From Cyanophora paradoxa CCMP329 (lineage: Eukaryota; Plantae; Glaucophyta), in the NCBI GenBank assembly GCA_004431415.1, contig QPMI01000204.1, positions 62,001 through 126,000 on the forward strand: 64,000 nt of DNA, given 5' to 3'. The notes below the pieces were generated by a model. That model was not told the DNA's origin. It did no database searches and saw nothing but the letters and a program-made list of their open reading frames with translations. Below are positions 25,321-38,169 of this stretch, one piece after another. The stretch's first letter is position 1. Each line of letters begins with the position of its first letter. A program made the position numbers and the translations under genes.

Positions 25321-26357
25321 ACTCCTCGGCGAGCTTTGATTTGGATTTCGAGACCTCTCTAAACGCACTCGCCGAGTCGGGCTCGCCGAGTCGGGCATTC
25401 ATTAAAAGCTGCAATTGACAATTAAGTACCCGTGCGAAAATTCGAATTTCGAAAGGGACGGGCCGGGCCGAGCTCGAGGTCGAGCCGGTCGACGTCACGT
25501 GTCGCTGCGACATGCATCTGCGTTTACGCATGCTTGGCGCCGCGCAAGCGCAAGCTGAAGCACCGATCGAGCTGGAAATCCAGTCGCGCAAGCCCTGCTG
25601 CGAGATTTCCGATGTGTCCGCTTTATTCTCTTTTCTCTCTTTCGAATTGGAGTTCTATACGAATCGCGCACAGGACGACGGGGTCGACCTCGACTCGGCC
25701 ACGTGCGAGCATCTGTGCGCGCGCGTTTTCATTCTTTGCTGCAGTTGGAGGTGCGCGGGCTTTGCGAGATTCTGGGCGCAGATGCGATCTGTGTCATTTC
25801 TCCGCTACCTTGCGCCCTGCGGACGTGGAGATCCACGCGCGTGCCTGCGGTTTTCGCTGGCAACCAGCACGCTTGCGCCTGACAGGTCCTCGCGGGCATT
25901 AGTACGAACTGCTATTTACTCCGTGCTGATAGACTGATCAGATTGGGTTTCATGGCTGACATGCATCGGAAAGATCAACCCTGCAGTCGACGTCCTGCAT
26001 CTGCAGCTTGCGAAGGTTTTTCCGAAAGAGATACCATCGCCCGCCAATCTGAGCGGCTACAGGCCTATGAGTTTCGCATCGTCCGGGCGCCAGATGCATC
26101 CGTTTTATGTGATCCTGGACTCGAGTGTCAGCTGGAACATCCCAACTCGCTCTACATTCTGCAGAAAGCTGACTCGCAGGTGAGAAATCACTGCCCAGTA
26201 ATTTTCTAGCAGAGGGGCTTGCTTATCGATCGCACTAAATTATTCAGTGCAGCTCTGGTCTGGTGCACAATTAAGCAGTAATGGTGGTTTAGTTTTGCGA
26301 AGTCATGCCAGAGCTACGCGCCAGCTGCATCGCTTAAAACGCAGGTATGATCATGAT
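24870..26357 (+). repeat. Copy 1 of a ~1.5-kb inverted duplication (ODR4 3' exons plus downstream DNA)
   Basis: Reverse complement aligns with 39927-41413 and is near-identical over 25250-26357. Confidence 0.93.
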
Positions 26358-26869
26358 CTCCGGATTCATTTTGCTGTTTGGAGATGGAATATTTGACCTC
26401 GCAGAGCCGATGACATGCTTTACAAAAGACAGAAAGTTGTGCAGCCTTCCTTGCTCAGCAGGTCAGTCAATGCTTCCGGCTTCTTTATCTGGCAAAGAGC
26501 TGAGGAGCACACATCAGTGGAATTTCTGCAACACATCTTACAGTGGAGGAAATTTTGGACAGTACCATCGCGAGCTACTCCTTCTGTGATGTGAGACATC
26601 AAGCACATGCACTGTTGTTCAGGTTCCCCCGAGCGACAGACGATGGCGAGGCGGCGCGGGCGGCGCAAACCGCTCAAACAGATCACAGCATGATTACGGC
26701 AAATCGAAGTTTGCCGGGCACTGAGCCTCTGGACGTTTCACATGTGAATTCCAATATATAAGCAAGAGGCCATATCTTCTAAACATTCGAAGTTCAGCTC
26801 TTCTGTGATATGTGGCGATTCGCAGGAGCCAGGAGCCATCTTCTGCAAGTCACCACCAACTTTTCGCAA

Positions 26870-27160
26870 ATCTGATCATGAGAACAACGAGGTCGACCAG
26901 GACATGCACGTATTTTCATCCTTTGCTGCAGTTGGAGGTGTGTGGGCTTTGCGAGATTCTGGGGGCGCAGATGCGATTTGTGTCATTTCTCCACTACCTT
27001 GCGCCCTGCGGACATCGAGCTCCACGCTCCTGCCTGCGGTTTTCGCTGGCGGCCAGCGTGCATGCGCCTGACAGGTCCTTGCGGGCATTAGTACGAATTG
27101 CTATTTACTCCGTGCTGATAGACTGATCAGATTGGGTTTCATGGCTGACATGCATCGGAG
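26870..27160 (+). repeat. Diverged direct copy of 25670-25970
   Basis: Shared ...CTTTGCTGCAGTTGGAGGTG...TTTACTCCGTGCTGATAGACTGATCAGATTGGGTTTCATGGCTGACATGCATCGGA. Confidence 0.85.
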
Positions 27161-27469
27161 AGATTGGTAGGGTCGCCAGTGCCACAGGAGGCGAATGTGT
27201 CGGCTGGGAGCTCGCATGGAGCTCGCATGCCATGCAGCGAGCACTCAGCCGGGACTCCCTAGTGCTATGGACGTCATGATTTTCATGGACTTCGATGTCA
27301 GTTGGGGCCGAAGGGCGGGTCTGGGGTCGGGGTAGCATTTGGACACGTACTAAAAACGTAAGTCCGGGCTACAATTTGCAAGTGTGGGAAGTACATTGCG
27401 GCCGCCGCGGCCGCGGGCCCAGCCACAAGCGAGCTGGCCGGCCGGGCCCTGGCACCTGCCCAGGTCTAA

Positions 27470-27670
27470 CCTCGAGGTCAGAGCCCAAATCGAAGTGCAG
27501 TCAGACATAGGTCGACGTCATGAGCTCAGAGCCCAAATCGAAGTGCAGAGGCCATGAGGGGTCGGACGTCATGGGCCGTTAATTACGATTACGATTAGGC
27601 CATGAGGGGTCGGACGTCTTTGATTTGCTATTACGATTAGGCCATGAGGGGTCGTACGTCTTTGATTTGC
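27470..27670. repeat. Nested short tandem duplications
   Basis: TCAGAGCCCAAATCGAAGTGCAG x2; GGCCATGAGGGGTCG(G/T)ACGTC x3. Confidence 0.8.
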
Positions 27671-27723
27671 TAGCTTGCGTGTCTACGCTGAACGCAGCCT
27701 CTCAGCAGCAAAAATTTTCGTCG

Positions 27724-28024
27724 CTATTTGCTCGAGTCGTCCTTTGCGGGGAGTGTGGTCGGGAAGTCCTCCCGCGGCCGCATCTTGTAAATGGTGGCGA
27801 AAAACGTGACGACAGCAAAGCCCGAGAGGAGAACGGCAGTCATCGCGTTCTTGCGGCCTATCTTTGCAACGTTCACAGCCTCCACCTGGTGCGCGGCACG
27901 TCACGAAGCGGAATAGCGAAAACGCGCGCCTGACGCAAGCACGCGCCTGATGCCGCCGCGCACGGTTGATGCGCTCCTGCGCCTCTTTCAGACGTTCCAT
28001 TCGCTCTTGAGTCTCCGCATCCAT
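27724..28024 (-). CDS. COA3: COA3/CCDC56-like cytochrome c oxidase assembly factor; one GC-AG intron (27886-27946)
   Basis: Spliced: MDAETQERMERLKEAQERINRARRHQ|VEAVNVAKIGRKNAMTAVLLSGFAVVTFFATIYKMRPREDFPTTLPAKDDSSK*; the RKN-TM-T..EDF pattern matches the COA3 family. Confidence 0.7.
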
Positions 28025-28527
28025 CTGTTAAATGTGCTCGCGCTCCGCTCACAGATGTTGATGCGCCGCGGAAGGGTTCGGTAGCTGGAAGGCTGAGAAA
28101 GATTAACTCTCACTGAAAGACGCGACTAAGTATAAGCTTTCGTTCGCCGGTGCACGCGGGGCGCCGGGGCGTCAGCAACGGGCTGTCTCCGACCGTGTCC
28201 GACGTTGTTGAGGGGTACCACAAACGTGCCCATCACGGGCCCAGCTGCAGGTCAAACCGATGACCAGAAAGGATATCGGAGAGTGTGCAGATAGAGATCG
28301 AGCACCACGTCCTCCCTAGAGAGAGGCGCAGGCCTCCTGAGCCCCACGCGTACGTACTCCGCTGGCAACTTGATTCTCGCAACTTTATAATTATAATTAA
28401 TTTATAATAAACGTTATAGCGCGTATACGTATACGTATATGTATATATAACGCCAATCTTGATTTTTCAAGAAGAAGAAGAAGAAGAGTATAATCTCGCC
28501 CCCATCCCGCCGGCCTACTCCGGCACC

Positions 28528-29090
28528 ATGACCGGAGCGATCGGCCCCGACGCCACGGCCGCCCTCCGCACCGCCATCGCCATCCAACCCGCCGCCGGCG
28601 GTGCCGACGCCGCCCCCGGGGCGGCGCCGGGCGCCCCGGGGACCGCGCCGGAGTCCGCCCCGAACCTGGCGGAGGTTGCCGCGGCCGAGGCCGAGCTCGC
28701 TGCCGGCCCCGCCGCCGACAACGCAGGAGACGCCCAGCGGCTTGGCGACCCCCCGCGCCGGGCCCCGTCCCGGGGCCAGCGCCGAGCGCCGCCCCGGAGG
28801 ACTCGCCCCCCCGCCCGCGGCCCCTAGCGCTCCCCGCCCCCCGCCGCCCCGCCGGCCCCGACGGCCGCCCTCCTCGGCCTCCTCCACGCCCTCCTCCCAT
28901 CCGGCGCGGCCCCAGCGCCGCAGCCGGAGCCCGACCGAGAGAGCCTGAAGGCCGCGGTCCTCCAAGGCCTCGCCTCCCTCCTCGGCCAGCCCCGGCCCGA
29001 CGCCCCCCAGTAGCGTCTAGACCGCCCTCGCCCTTCCTCCCCCGGACCCCAGCCTTCCCCCTCGGCCTCGGCCAGTCGCCGCCCCAGTAG
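28528..29090 (+). other. Intronless GC-rich Ala/Pro-rich ORF fragment, possibly a retroelement gag-like remnant
   Basis: MTGAIGPDATAALRTAIAIQ... with an apparent frameshift; AT-rich flanks; no domain recognised. Confidence 0.25.
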
Positions 29091-29379
29091 TTTCTTTTGT
29101 CGGCGCTTAGCGCCCTACCTCATCAGGCCCCCGACCATCCCTCGAGCGGTGGGGGGGCCCCCTGTTGTTACCAATATGCATTCGTGGGGCCGCAGGCCTC
29201 ACCCATACTGGAAAAGAAGAGTATAATATTAATTAATGTCATGCATGGCCAGCTAGAATCAGCGCCAGCTAAATTAAGACAAGGTCAGTAAACGGCGAAT
29301 TCGAACCAGCTAGCTATATATAGATGTGACGGCGCAAACGGCACTAACCTGCAGAGTTTACGCAGAGTAATTAGCGAAT

Positions 29380-29954
29380 GATCATATGCATGATCTCCGG
29401 ATTCATTTTGCTGTTTGGAGACTCTGAGATGGAATATTTGACCTTCGGGCCTGTTCCCAATGCAAAGAATGATTCAAATTTGTGCAGCATCATTGAGAGA
29501 ATTTGTGCGGCTTTGATTTGGATTTGCGGCTGTGATTTGGATGAGACTCTGAGACTTCGATTTGGATTTCGGGAGTTTTTGATTTCGATCGCAGTTCCGC
29601 GACCATCACGGATCGTGACGGCCACAGTTCCAGCGCCGCCCCCTTTCTGACGCAGTGCGATGCGGCTCCACCTTCTGCGCCCCTCGCGGGAGCGGGGGAG
29701 GCTGTATTCCTCTCCCTTAGCGGCCCTCATTCGGTGGCGAACAGGCGAGCCCTCCGGCAAGGCCCGCACGCCTAGTCCTGTAGAGCATACGGAAGGCTTA
29801 GACTTCGATTTCGACCCCTCGGTTTCGATTTCGATTTCGATCTCGAGGCCGAGTTGCCTATCAGAGAGAGCCCGTATGATTGCTCAGCGTATACTGCTAG
29901 CCCGAACAGCTACAGGGCTAGTCCAGATAACGCGTGATGTATATCTGAAATGCA
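29380..29954 (+). mobile_element. Non-autonomous MITE-like element, copy A
   Basis: Terminus CTAGCCC-N11-GGGCTAG...GTATATCTGAAATGCA; GATTT(G/C)GATTTCG subterminal motifs; near-identical to 32158-32567. Confidence 0.8.
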
Positions 29955-29992
29955 GAGTTTACGCCTGGCCACTTCTGAATTTTCAACAGTTC

Positions 29993-30999
29993 TCAATCAG
30001 AATGATTCCAGTTGTCTATCAAACGCGCCTTGCCTATCCTCACAGCTAGGCTGAGCAAAAATGATGCAGGAAGAGGTCCATCGATCTCCGCAAGTGTCTC
30101 GCGGTTCGCGAGACTTACGTAGACCACTTGTGCAAGGGGTTCGCCAGCAAGCACGGTTTCCACGGCTCGCCGAATCTGATTGCTGTCACGCTCGCCATTC
30201 TTGTACAAGCTCTGGGCCGCCTGCAGGCTTTTATAAAGCACGGTGGCAGAAGCACGCTCGGGGGCTGTCAGGTAGGCGTTCCTTGAGCTCAGCGCTGTGC
30301 GCGCACGCATGTCAGCCGAGGAAAACACTCGCATCCGAGGCAGGCTGGATGAACCAAGGCCATCGGGCTCGCGGACGATCGGCATGACGGCGACGTGAAG
30401 GTCCATGTGCAGGTCCCGCACCATACGCTCGATAACAATCGCCTGCTGGGCGTCCTTCTGGCCGAACAAGGCGACCGTGGGCTGCACGACGTTGAAGAGC
30501 TTGCATACGACAGTCGCAACGCCGCGGAAAAAGCCCGCCCGCCCGCCGCGCGACGGGTCCCCCTCGAGAAGATCGGAGCAATTTTCAACCTTGACGTATG
30601 TGCTGAAACCCGGAGGATATAGCTCGTCCGCGCTGGGGTGGAACACGGCATCGACACCGCCTTCCGCGTCGAGCAGCTGCAAGTCGCGCTGCAGATCGCG
30701 CGGGTACGTAGCGAGGTCCTCGTGCGGGGCGAACTGTGCAAATCTTCATCAGGCGCCACGTGCGCGCTTTGCAATGCGGCGCGCGGGGCCGGCTCGCGTA
30801 CCTGCTTCGGGTTCACGAAGATCGAGACCACCACGCGCCTGCATCTCCGCTTCGCTTCCTGCACAAGGCTGATGTGCCCCGCGTGCAGGAAACCCATCGT
30901 CGGGACGAATCCAATTGAGAATCCGGCGCCGTCCTGTGTCTGCCACGCACGCCGTGCCTCCCGCATCGCCTGTACCGTCTCTATTACCGATGGGGGCAT
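29993..30999 (-). CDS. panC: Pantoate--beta-alanine ligase (pantothenate synthetase), 2 introns
   Basis: [26 protein letters not shown]|[33 protein letters not shown]|ALSSRN, RLIDN. Confidence 0.96.
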
Positions 31000-31119
31000 T
31001 GGTTGATGTGGTGCTTGATTAGCTCGAGCTCGAGCTCAGTCCGAGCGGTAGCGTTTGGCTAGCGCTCGCGCTTTGAGCTCAACAGAAACTGATCCGATCC
31101 CGTCCGCACTGCGAGTCTG

Positions 31120-31565
31120 CGACTTGGAGTCACTTAAGCTTGTGTTTTCCTCTAGCTTGAAGCGCGTACTACGCCGCGTAGTCGCTCAGGGGTATATATG
31201 CCAGTTGGCACACACAGCAAAAATCCGCCGTGGTAAAGCAGCAAAGCGCCCCGCTGAGCAAGCAAGGGACCCGGGAGAGGATGAAATAGGTGCGGCTGCG
31301 CATGCCAAGGCGTGAGAGGAATGCCCCAAGGCATGGCGGGAGTGCCTGACCTGTGTCTCCAGGGTGCTCTTCTTCAAGCTTAAGGAGAACCTCCAGGCGT
31401 GCAAGTGTGGTCTTCACGGCATCACTGCATAAAGCATGTAGGGGCATCAGAGACATTGGAAAATAATGTTGACAGGGATAAACCGTTGAACCTTCAAAAC
31501 ATCTCAGAGTCTGCCACAGTAGCCTCAGGGCCTTGGGATTGTAGCATAGACACAGTGCAGAGACT
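31120..31565 (-). pseudogene. Dead internal ODR4 fragment (copy of ~24545-24927, introns retained) with ten micro-insertions
   Basis: Direct alignment to ODR4; lies just upstream of panC. Confidence 0.92.
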
Positions 31566-31821
31566 GTGAGGGCTGATCATGAACTTCGGAACTTCGGAAG
31601 GCCAAAAATGAGGGCTTAAAAATTGCCAAAATGAGGGCTTATTTCACGAAGCTCAGCGAGCTCATGATCAGCAAGCTCAGAGCTGAGCTGAGCTCTCTCT
31701 TGAACAAGTCCGATGGTCGACGTCTCCAGCTGCAGTGCGCATGCAGCGTCAAAGCTTTCATGCGCTGGCCATGGGTGATCCCGTGAGTTTTCTCCCACTT
31801 GATCATGTCGTCGCAGCGCAT

Positions 31822-32567
31822 CTGCCATGAGACTCTGAGACTTCGATTTGGATTTCGGGAGTTTCGATTTCGATCTGACCCGGCAAACCGCGCGCAGTTC
31901 CGCGACCCTCACGGATCGCGACCGTCGGACGGCCACAGTTCCAGCGCCGCCCCCTTCTGACGCAGTGCGCCCGCGCGCGCGTCGCGCGCAGGGTTCTACA
32001 CGCGCTGCGGCACCTCCCCGCGGCCGCCGCGGTCACCGGGTCGCGTGGGGATCTACACAGCCCCCCTTCTGGCAGGCCGCCCACTCCCTGTCTGCGCTCT
32101 TCAGCGAGCAGCACCCATATTGGGGTAACAGTGCGCTCTCTGCGATTTCAATCTGCCATAAGACTCTTGAGACTTTCGATTTGGATTTCGGGAGTTTTTG
32201 ATTTCGATCGCAGTTCCGCGACCATCACGGATCGTGACGGCCACAGTTCCAGCGCCGCCCCCTTTCTGACGCAGTGCGATGCGGCTCCACCTTCTGCGCC
32301 CCTCGCGGGAGAGGGGAAGGCTGTATTCCTCTCCCTTAGCGGCCCTCATTCGGTGGCGAACAGGCGAGCCCTCCGGCAAGGCCCGCACGCCTAGTCCTGT
32401 AGAGCATACGGAAGGCTTAGACTTCGATTTCGACCCCTCGGTTTCGATTTCGATCTCGAGGCCGAGTTGCCTATCAGAGAGAGCCCGTATGATTGCTCAG
32501 CGTATACTGCTAGCCCGAACAGCTACTGGGCTAGTCCAGATAACGCGTGATGTATATCTGAAATGCA
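31822..32567 (+). mobile_element. MITE-like element copy B (32158-32567) plus a partial copy (31822-31968)
   Basis: Same internal sequence and ...ATATCTGAAATGCA end as copy A. Confidence 0.8.
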
Positions 32568-32570
32568 AAG

Positions 32571-35500
32571 CTAGCTAGCATGCTTTGCAGAGGGGGGAGG
32601 GGGTGGCATCAGGGAGGAGTGCTTTCCGGATGGAATGGGAATTGCCATTGGAGGGCCTGGAGTGCTTGTGCCAGCTGGTTCCGCAGGGTGCTGCAACGTG
32701 GCCAGTGCCTCGGCTGCGTTCAATGTGAATGTAACATCCAAAGACAAATGAAATGTGAGACACCTGTAAGCGTCCAATTACAGCGACGTCCTTGCCGATA
32801 AATCTCATCCAAAGTATCCTCGAACTGGGTTACACCTCCAATTAAGGGAAAGAGAAAACCAGGAATGGAGACGATTACAATTGCGCCTACCTCCCCATCA
32901 GCACAAAGCTGCTGATACTTACGGTAAAGGGCAAGGGCAGTGCGAGCATCTTCCACGGAGTCGTGGGAACCAGACTGAATGTCAATGTGAAGGAGAAAGG
33001 CCGCAAGGAACTTCAGGGAGATTTTTCGTTGTCTGCGAAGACTGAAGAGCTCAACAGTGTCGATAATCTGATCCGGAGGCACAAAAATGTCTGCAGCAAG
33101 TCAGGCGTGGAGAAGAGACACAGAGCAAATGGCACAAGAGCACACTGATTGTCCGGAAATCCTTCTTCAGACCATGGCCGACAAGACGGACGCCACGATC
33201 AACCAGGTACCGGAGCTTGACATATGCATCTTTCAAGGCGATGAGGTGGTGTCTAGAACGCGAAGGGTCCAGGTCCCCAGGATGGAGACCGGAGAAGCGC
33301 GTGAGGTAATCAACGACAGGCTCTGTGTTGAGGATGTAATCGTCGATGAGGATCTCTCCCTCTCGTGCTCCATCTCCTCTCACCACCGATACGCGGGCAA
33401 GGCCCATCCTTGACGGTTTGACGACATTGCGAGACCCATCCGCCCTCACCTCCTCCTCCTGCTGCGAAAGAGCCACAAACTCGCAGTCGATTGCGCAGAT
33501 CGACCCCTCTCCAGGAATCATCCTTCAGTCCCATTAGTGTGCGCCACTCAAACAGCAGCAACACGTACCTTTGTGGCACCGACTTGAATGGGCGAGGGAT
33601 GTTCGGTGGAACCCTGCACAAGGAGTGGGCAAGTTCATTGTTTTGGTTGTAGATTCAGCAAAACAGACCCTGGTGGTATAGAGTCACGTTCAAATGGCGC
33701 AGAGTTCAGTGGGCTGATACGAGGAGGCAGCTGGACAACCTATGCAGGGATCAGCACTGAGACAGCAAAAAGATATAACGTAGCACACCTGCTCAAGATG
33801 GACACGAGTATACAGAAAGAGACAAGGAACGCGCCACGGGCGTGAAAAGCGCACAGCCTCCGAGGCTGATGCTGCCTGTACAACGAAGTCATTGAAGAGG
33901 AACCAATCGCTTGTACGGGTTCGATGAGAGCCGGATGCGCTTTGCTCAACGCTTGACGGCTGCCCAGCCTCCACATCATCATCACCAGACTCTACGTTTT
34001 CAGATGCTTGGCCGAGGACACTTGGATCTGCTGATTGTGCCAAGGAGGCATCTGCAACTGCCCAGCCCGCTGCATTGATATCGATCTGAGTAAACCCTCT
34101 GAAATAATGGAGAGTAATGCAGAGGGCACCGCGGATGTGAGCAATCAAGTGCCCGTCATTGTAGAAGCGCGGATCAGCGGCGTTAGGGACTGCAGCTGCA
34201 ACGGGCCCCGAAATGCTGCCAGTACCGCCTGTGCGGGTGCCTTGCCCTGTAGCTGCCGCCATGTCGTCCAGAATAAGGGACACAACGCCCGTCAACTCAT
34301 ACTCCACAGCCTCCTCTGCATGGGCCGCCCCAACTCCTTCTCCAGCTCCTTCACCAGCCCCGCAATCTGGATTGCCGCCCTGCACAGCCTGTAGAGACGA
34401 AACCGCAGTAGCCGAAGGGCCAGAGGCAACAGCTTCCATCCCAGGGCGAATCTCGTCCACTGCCATCGTGCCGGAAGTCTGCCGCCGGATTCGAATGCTG
34501 TGCATGTGTGAGATCGCAGATAACATAGGCATGGCGAAACCTTGATTACCGAAGTGGCAGCCAAGCGTCTGCTGCGTGATTACAGTCCTCGGCATGCATA
34601 GCACCACCACCCTCGCCTTCAGCTGCTGCAGCGGCCGCCATAACGGATGCAGGGGCAGGCCGCATCCAAGGAGGCATCGGGCCTGGAGTTGGGCCTTTCG
34701 CTGCACAATTCATCGCAAATGCGTTTGGCAAGCTTGTCACCATACGCTGCAGTAGCGGATAACGCGAGGCTTGAGGCGCAATGGGCCACAACACGCACTG
34801 TTACGGACATCCGCTGGTAAGAACCACACTGGTCGCACCAAGCCCTTGATGCATCCGTCTCGACCTGTGCCACCTCTAACATTGGCACAAGAGGAAGTAA
34901 ATCAAGGAATCCAAAGCCATGCACATGAAGAGTCGATTCCAAGAGGCGAGCGAAGGAAGTGTTCGCATCGGATGCGCCCTGAAAATGCTGAGAGATTGAA
35001 AAGTGCGGCTCAACGCACATACCTCGATAGCACGGAGCTGGAGATCAATGACGAAGGCACGTGATTCACGAATGGTATTGTGTCCCTGCTGTCACAGTGA
35101 GATAAGAGCTGCAGAGGCAACAGCTGAGATCACAGGCCTGCGGGCAGCGAGAGCATGTACGCGATGAAAAACCCAGTAGTTTGTCGATGACATTTCCCTG
35201 TCTTGCTTTGAGTACCAGTGATCGCAAACCAGTGAATGATCTCTCACATGTGGCGATGGGGCAGGATCAGGAAGAGCAGGTTGGCCCGCAGCACTCCGGC
35301 GGTTCCCCTTCGCAGGCGAGACAGGCGGGGAAGGGGATGGGGAACCATGCGGAGATCCGCGAATTGTGGGAGCCTGTGCGAAATTAGGCGATATGACTGC
35401 ATGTCGAATTCAGGAGATGCTGACGAGGGGTTTTGGTAGATGCTGAGTAGAGGGCGGCTGCCCATCGAGCTCTTTGGACACGTGCTCGAGGAGGAAGCGG

Positions 35501-38093
35501 GCCAGAGAATGCAGGCGCCGACCGACTGGCAATGTACCCGGGTTCAATGCTGAAAGAGGCGAGTCACTCGGCTCAAGCAGCCCGAGGCGCGCCACTGTCG
35601 AGATGGTGAGTGTTGCATCACACTAGAGATATAATCAGACCTTGCGTAATCTGCTGGAAGCAGCGCAGGAAGTTCGACGCCTGGCAGTTTGCTCCGTTCG
35701 AGCGCTCCATCATGTCTGGATTCGCATCAGCACCGAAAAGTCTGCTCTCACTATATGGAAGGCCGCACGGAAGAGGAAAGCGAGCTCGCAAGCCAGGCAG
35801 ATAGGAACCTGCCAGTCAGAAGTCCGTTATCAAAGGCATTCCGAAAGCGAGGCCATGCAGTACGCGGGGAAGCACATTGCAGAGGTGATTGAGGATGGCA
35901 ACACGCAGAGGTCGCAAAAAGAAGAGAAGTTGCAGTAATGAGTTGACGAAGGAGTTGGGGAGTGAATTTTCCAGGCCACTGAAGCATGTCTTGTTGTAAT
36001 ACCTGTCACCATGGTAAGGCTTCCCTCCCCTATTTTCGAATGGAAATTCGGACCCGAAATCGAAATCATCGACACCAAGCTTGTTGAGTTTGATCTCTAC
36101 GCGGCGGAAGCGCTTCGGCACAGCTTCATGATCTGGGGTGCCCTGAAATCCGCCACTGATGTCACAAAGAGATCTAGGCAAAAAGCCATCGTGCAAACTC
36201 ACGGCCAGGTCGAACGAGGGACGGCGGGACGATGACAGGTGTGCAGGGCGATCATCCTCTGCACCTGTCTGCGTTGATGGCCGCGAAGCTGCACGAGAGT
36301 TGCGCCGAAAAAGTCCCGGGTTTTGAAGGTAGCTGTGCCAATCGTTTGAGGCAGCGAGGTCGAGACAACGCACAAGAGCTCGTACCCTACAAACTCGACC
36401 TGTTTGACCTGAGCCAAAAGATGCGGAGGAAGTGGAAGACCTCTCCGTGACGGCCGAGTCTCACAAAGCATGCTTGATGGTAGTTCAGAGAGGTAGGGCC
36501 CGCCTAAGGGCACAGGCAAGGGAACGAGAGAAAACGGCCTGGACGGAAACTGATCAGGATGAGCGATGGCCATAGTGGAAGCTGATGTACCCGTCCTCGG
36601 TGCAAGGTACAAGTGGTGGGGATGGGAAAGCAGGGACGATAGGGGTCTCCGCCGAGTACAGGTTGAGCTGGAAAGGTGTCAAGCGGGCAAGTCGTGGAAT
36701 CAAGGGAAACAGTACCGTGGGCTCGTCTCGATCTGCCCACACGTGCAGATACCCGGCACTGTCAGTGAATCCGAGGACCTGACCAGCAGTGCCAAGCCCC
36801 ATCGCTGTCAGCTCCTCTCCCATGAGATTGACCTGGCGATCATTCCACAAAGTTGCTCTGCGGATAAGAAATATGCATGGTGGTTCAGGGGAAGATACAG
36901 ACCTGTGAGAACACGGCGTTTGCACCTCCCGCCTAGAGACAGTCAGTGCCGCGGTGGCGCGAGCCAAAGAATACAAAGAATAAAAAAGAAAGGAAATGAC
37001 GTACCTGCACATCGCATGTCTGCAGAAGACCGGTCGCTGAGACCGCCAAAAGGGCCGAAGAAAAAACGGGGTGGAAAGAAAGGCGGTGGGCGCCAGCAGG
37101 GAAGGGAATCCGGTACAGAGTTCGCAGCGTCCGCACGTCCGTTACACGAATGAGGGGATCCGAGAAGAACTGCTCGCCACTGCTCTAGAGATTCAGCACC
37201 GGGCACAGACACGCGGGAAGGAGCCTGTCACCGGAGCGAGAGCCCGCACGTCACGATCAGATTTCCGCGTACGTCCATGTCCAGCACAGGTCCCGAATGG
37301 CCCTCGAGCGTTGCTTCTAGCCGGAGATTCCTGAGAGCGCTTGGATCCGCCTGAACTAATAGTGAACATCTGCAGATCGTACCTGGGATCCCGAAGCTGA
37401 AGAGCACCAGTGGAGGTGCCGCAGACAATGGCTCGTGTAAGTTTCATCGAGGTGGTTGATATGTCGACCTCCGTCTGCCCACACGTTAGGTGCAAAAGAA
37501 TCGGGTTGCCTTGCGAAATGCATGCCTGATTGAGAATGCGGGAGCTATTGAGGTCGAATAGCAGCAGCTTTCCAAAGTCCCCTCCGAGAGCCAAATGCCA
37601 CCGGTTCGGGTCCGCAATCGTGAACGCCTGAAGCCCCACACCTTCACCCACACTGAAGCTGGAAGAAGAAGACAGGCGCAGACAATATGAGGGTCGCGAA
37701 GTGCAGCGCAGGGATTGCATTAACAGGCGTATACGTACGTATGTTGAAGGCGCAGAACGCAGCCTCGATCGTGGTACCGAACCGTGTCCGCGGAAATCGA
37801 CACTACGCCGCCGGCATCCGGCAGCAAACCGCGTACATCGCTCACATGGGCTTGACATGCGCTATATCGCTCGAGGCCGGGAAAGAGGAAAGATGTAAGC
37901 CGCCCCTGCGCGTGCGCGTGAACAAGCCGGTAGGCGCAAGCGCTGCGAAGAGATGTGGGCTGGGGTCTACCTGCTGGGAGCCACACCAGACGATCTCCTG
38001 GCAAGGATCGAATGCCAAAGCCGATATCGAATCCGCACATGCCGGGTGCGAGTACAGCTCGGAGAAGAGAGGACCGCCCGGGTTCCCCGCCAT
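32571..38093 (-). CDS. PAN2: PAN2 deadenylase catalytic subunit (WD40, inactive UCH, DEDDh exonuclease), multi-exon
   Basis: ISALAFDPCQEIVWCG; LQLRDPR; GVDDFDF..YYNKTCFSGLEN..NS..NSLLQ; WFLFNDF; AIDCEFV; VVDYLTRFSG; VGHGLKKDFR; HDSVEDARTALALY. Confidence 0.95.
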
Positions 38094-38169
38094 CGTTGCC
38101 GGAACGTTGGGCTGTGCCGATCCCGACGTGTCGTAACTCGAAGACGCCCGTACGCCAGGGCTCACACGG

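Noticed and set aside
25512-26209. Functional gene in the duplicated block
   Set aside because: Protein-like patches and splice-like sites exist, but no coherent spliced ORF or family could be built.
29993-30999. panC as bacterial contamination or recent HGT
   Set aside because: It has two host-type introns and the enzyme is normal in plants, algae and fungi; a phylogeny would be needed.
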